Part shown: in pieces, positions 63,385 through 64,000 of the stretch
Position numbering within the stretch: position 1 is the stretch's first letter
Layout: each line of letters starts with the position of its first letter
NCBI GenBank assembly: GCA_947475005.1
Contig: CANJLI010000001.1
Coordinates: 130,819-194,818, forward strand
DNA from: Deltaproteobacteria bacterium
GTDB lineage: Bacteria > Bdellovibrionota_B > Oligoflexia > Oligoflexales > Bog-1112
Direction: 5' to 3'
DNA: 64,000 nt
Notes under the pieces: model-generated
Databases searched by the model: none
The model's input: the letters and a program-made list of their open reading frames with translations, nothing else
Told to the model about the DNA's origin: nothing
Made by a program: the position numbers and the translations under genes

Positions 63385-64000
63385 TCATTTTTTTATTGAG
63401 GATGCTTTTAGAGGAAAAAAACATTCATATCTTAATGGGTAGAGAATAAAGAAAAAGAGAAAACACCAGTAGCTTATTTGATGACTATATGTGCTTAAAA
63501 AATGAACGGCCATATTCCAAATATGAGGAAGAGGAAGGTTATCTTGAAGCTTTACTAAAAAAGAGAACGGCGTATTCAAATTGCTCCACGGAAGATTTGC
63601 TTGTGGAGCAATTTGCTCTAAAAAACAGAAGACTCCACCAATGGATAATAAAAAATTACCAGGTGGACGACTATAGTTAATAATTGCAATAGCAAAAATT
63701 GGCAAAATAGGTAGAAAATATCGGCCAGCTGGACACCAACCTGCTTCTGAAAAAGAAGTTGCGCAAATAACACCAATATAAAACAAGCTACCAAGCACAA
63801 TGATTCGATTTGATCTAAACAAAATTGGGGAGAAACTTTTTATAATAAATGGCCAACTCCAAAAAATGCCCCCCGCAAGTCCAATAAAAAACAAAGGGAA
63901 TTCATATGGAATAGAAGAAATATTAAACAAATTGGAACTAAGACCAGCTTTATAATTTGCAGAATAGGAAAAATGCCCCCAGCTATAAAGATTATAAAAA
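63385..64000 (-). CDS. Polytopic membrane protein, N-terminus beyond right window edge (possibly GT-C/ArnT-like partner of the adjacent GT2)
   Basis: The reading frame stays open from 63385 to the window end (manual check upstream of the TTG at 63930). Strongly hydrophobic. Functional call is from context only. Confidence 0.4.
   Translation of the reverse strand, partial: FYNLYSWGHFSYSANYKAGLSSNLFNISSIPYEFPLFFIGLAGGIFWSWPFIIKSFSPILFRSNRIIVLGSLFYIGVICATSFSEAGWCPAGRYFLPILPIFAIAIINYSRPPGNFLLSIGGVFCFLEQIAPQANLPWSNLNTPFSFLVKLQDNLPLPHIWNMAVHFLSTYSHQISYWCFLFFFILYPLRYECFFPLKASSIKK

Noticed and set aside
1-64000. tRNA, rRNA, tmRNA, RNase P, riboswitches, transposases, integrases, prophage genes
   Set aside because: Scanning intergenic regions by eye found no T-loop/acceptor-like tRNA signatures or recognisable ncRNA motifs, and no ORF has transposase, integrase or phage hallmarks. 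This is a visual negative, not a covariance-model search, and should be confirmed with tRNAscan-SE and Infernal.

Overview
64-kb chromosomal segment of a diderm (Gram-negative) bacterium. Phylum is not determinable by eye; a Cys-containing C-terminal sorting-like tail on a protease hints at Myxococcota or Bdellovibrionota-like lineages (weak inference). Left to right: (i) rppH-like Nudix gene, an HD-domain dNTPase-like gene and a lysine-rich histone H1-like gene. (ii) A long minus-strand outer-membrane biogenesis super-cluster: lolE-lolD-bamA-skp-fabZ-lpxA-lpxB-msbA-lpxK. It is preceded by a translationally coupled pair, a divergent RelA/SpoT-fold protein and a cysteine desulfurase. (iii) ccmABCDE plus a ccmG-like thioredoxin. 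(iv) A tripartite RND efflux operon. (v) Three RNA methyltransferase genes, grpB, an MFS gene and cysE-cysK. (vi) A BrnT/BrnA-like toxin-antitoxin cassette. (vii) An aromatic amino acid hydroxylase operon, an S8 protease, gmk and a long bifunctional Rel/SpoT. (viii) From about 42.2 kb to the right edge, a visibly AT-rich surface-polysaccharide island with an unusual minus-strand operon (tandem nucleotidyltransferase, GT2, polytopic membrane proteins, GDPD-like protein, membrane-fused PRK-like kinase, HAD, class II aldolase-like). The most unusual signal is non-coding. Two copies (2344-2911 and 25993-26630) of a roughly 510-bp near-perfect foldback element carry 48-bp terminal inverted repeats, nested perfectly paired 50-bp modules and variable polypyrimidine/polypurine microsatellite flanks. 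Each copy exactly fills the gap between two convergent genes, and no transposase, integrase, RT or cas gene was seen in the window. Also present: a short REP-like family (core GGGGACAC/GTGTCCCC, 4 loci) and a 37-bp unit occurring three times, including a perfect 37-bp hairpin. No tRNA, rRNA or CRISPR array was recognised by eye.
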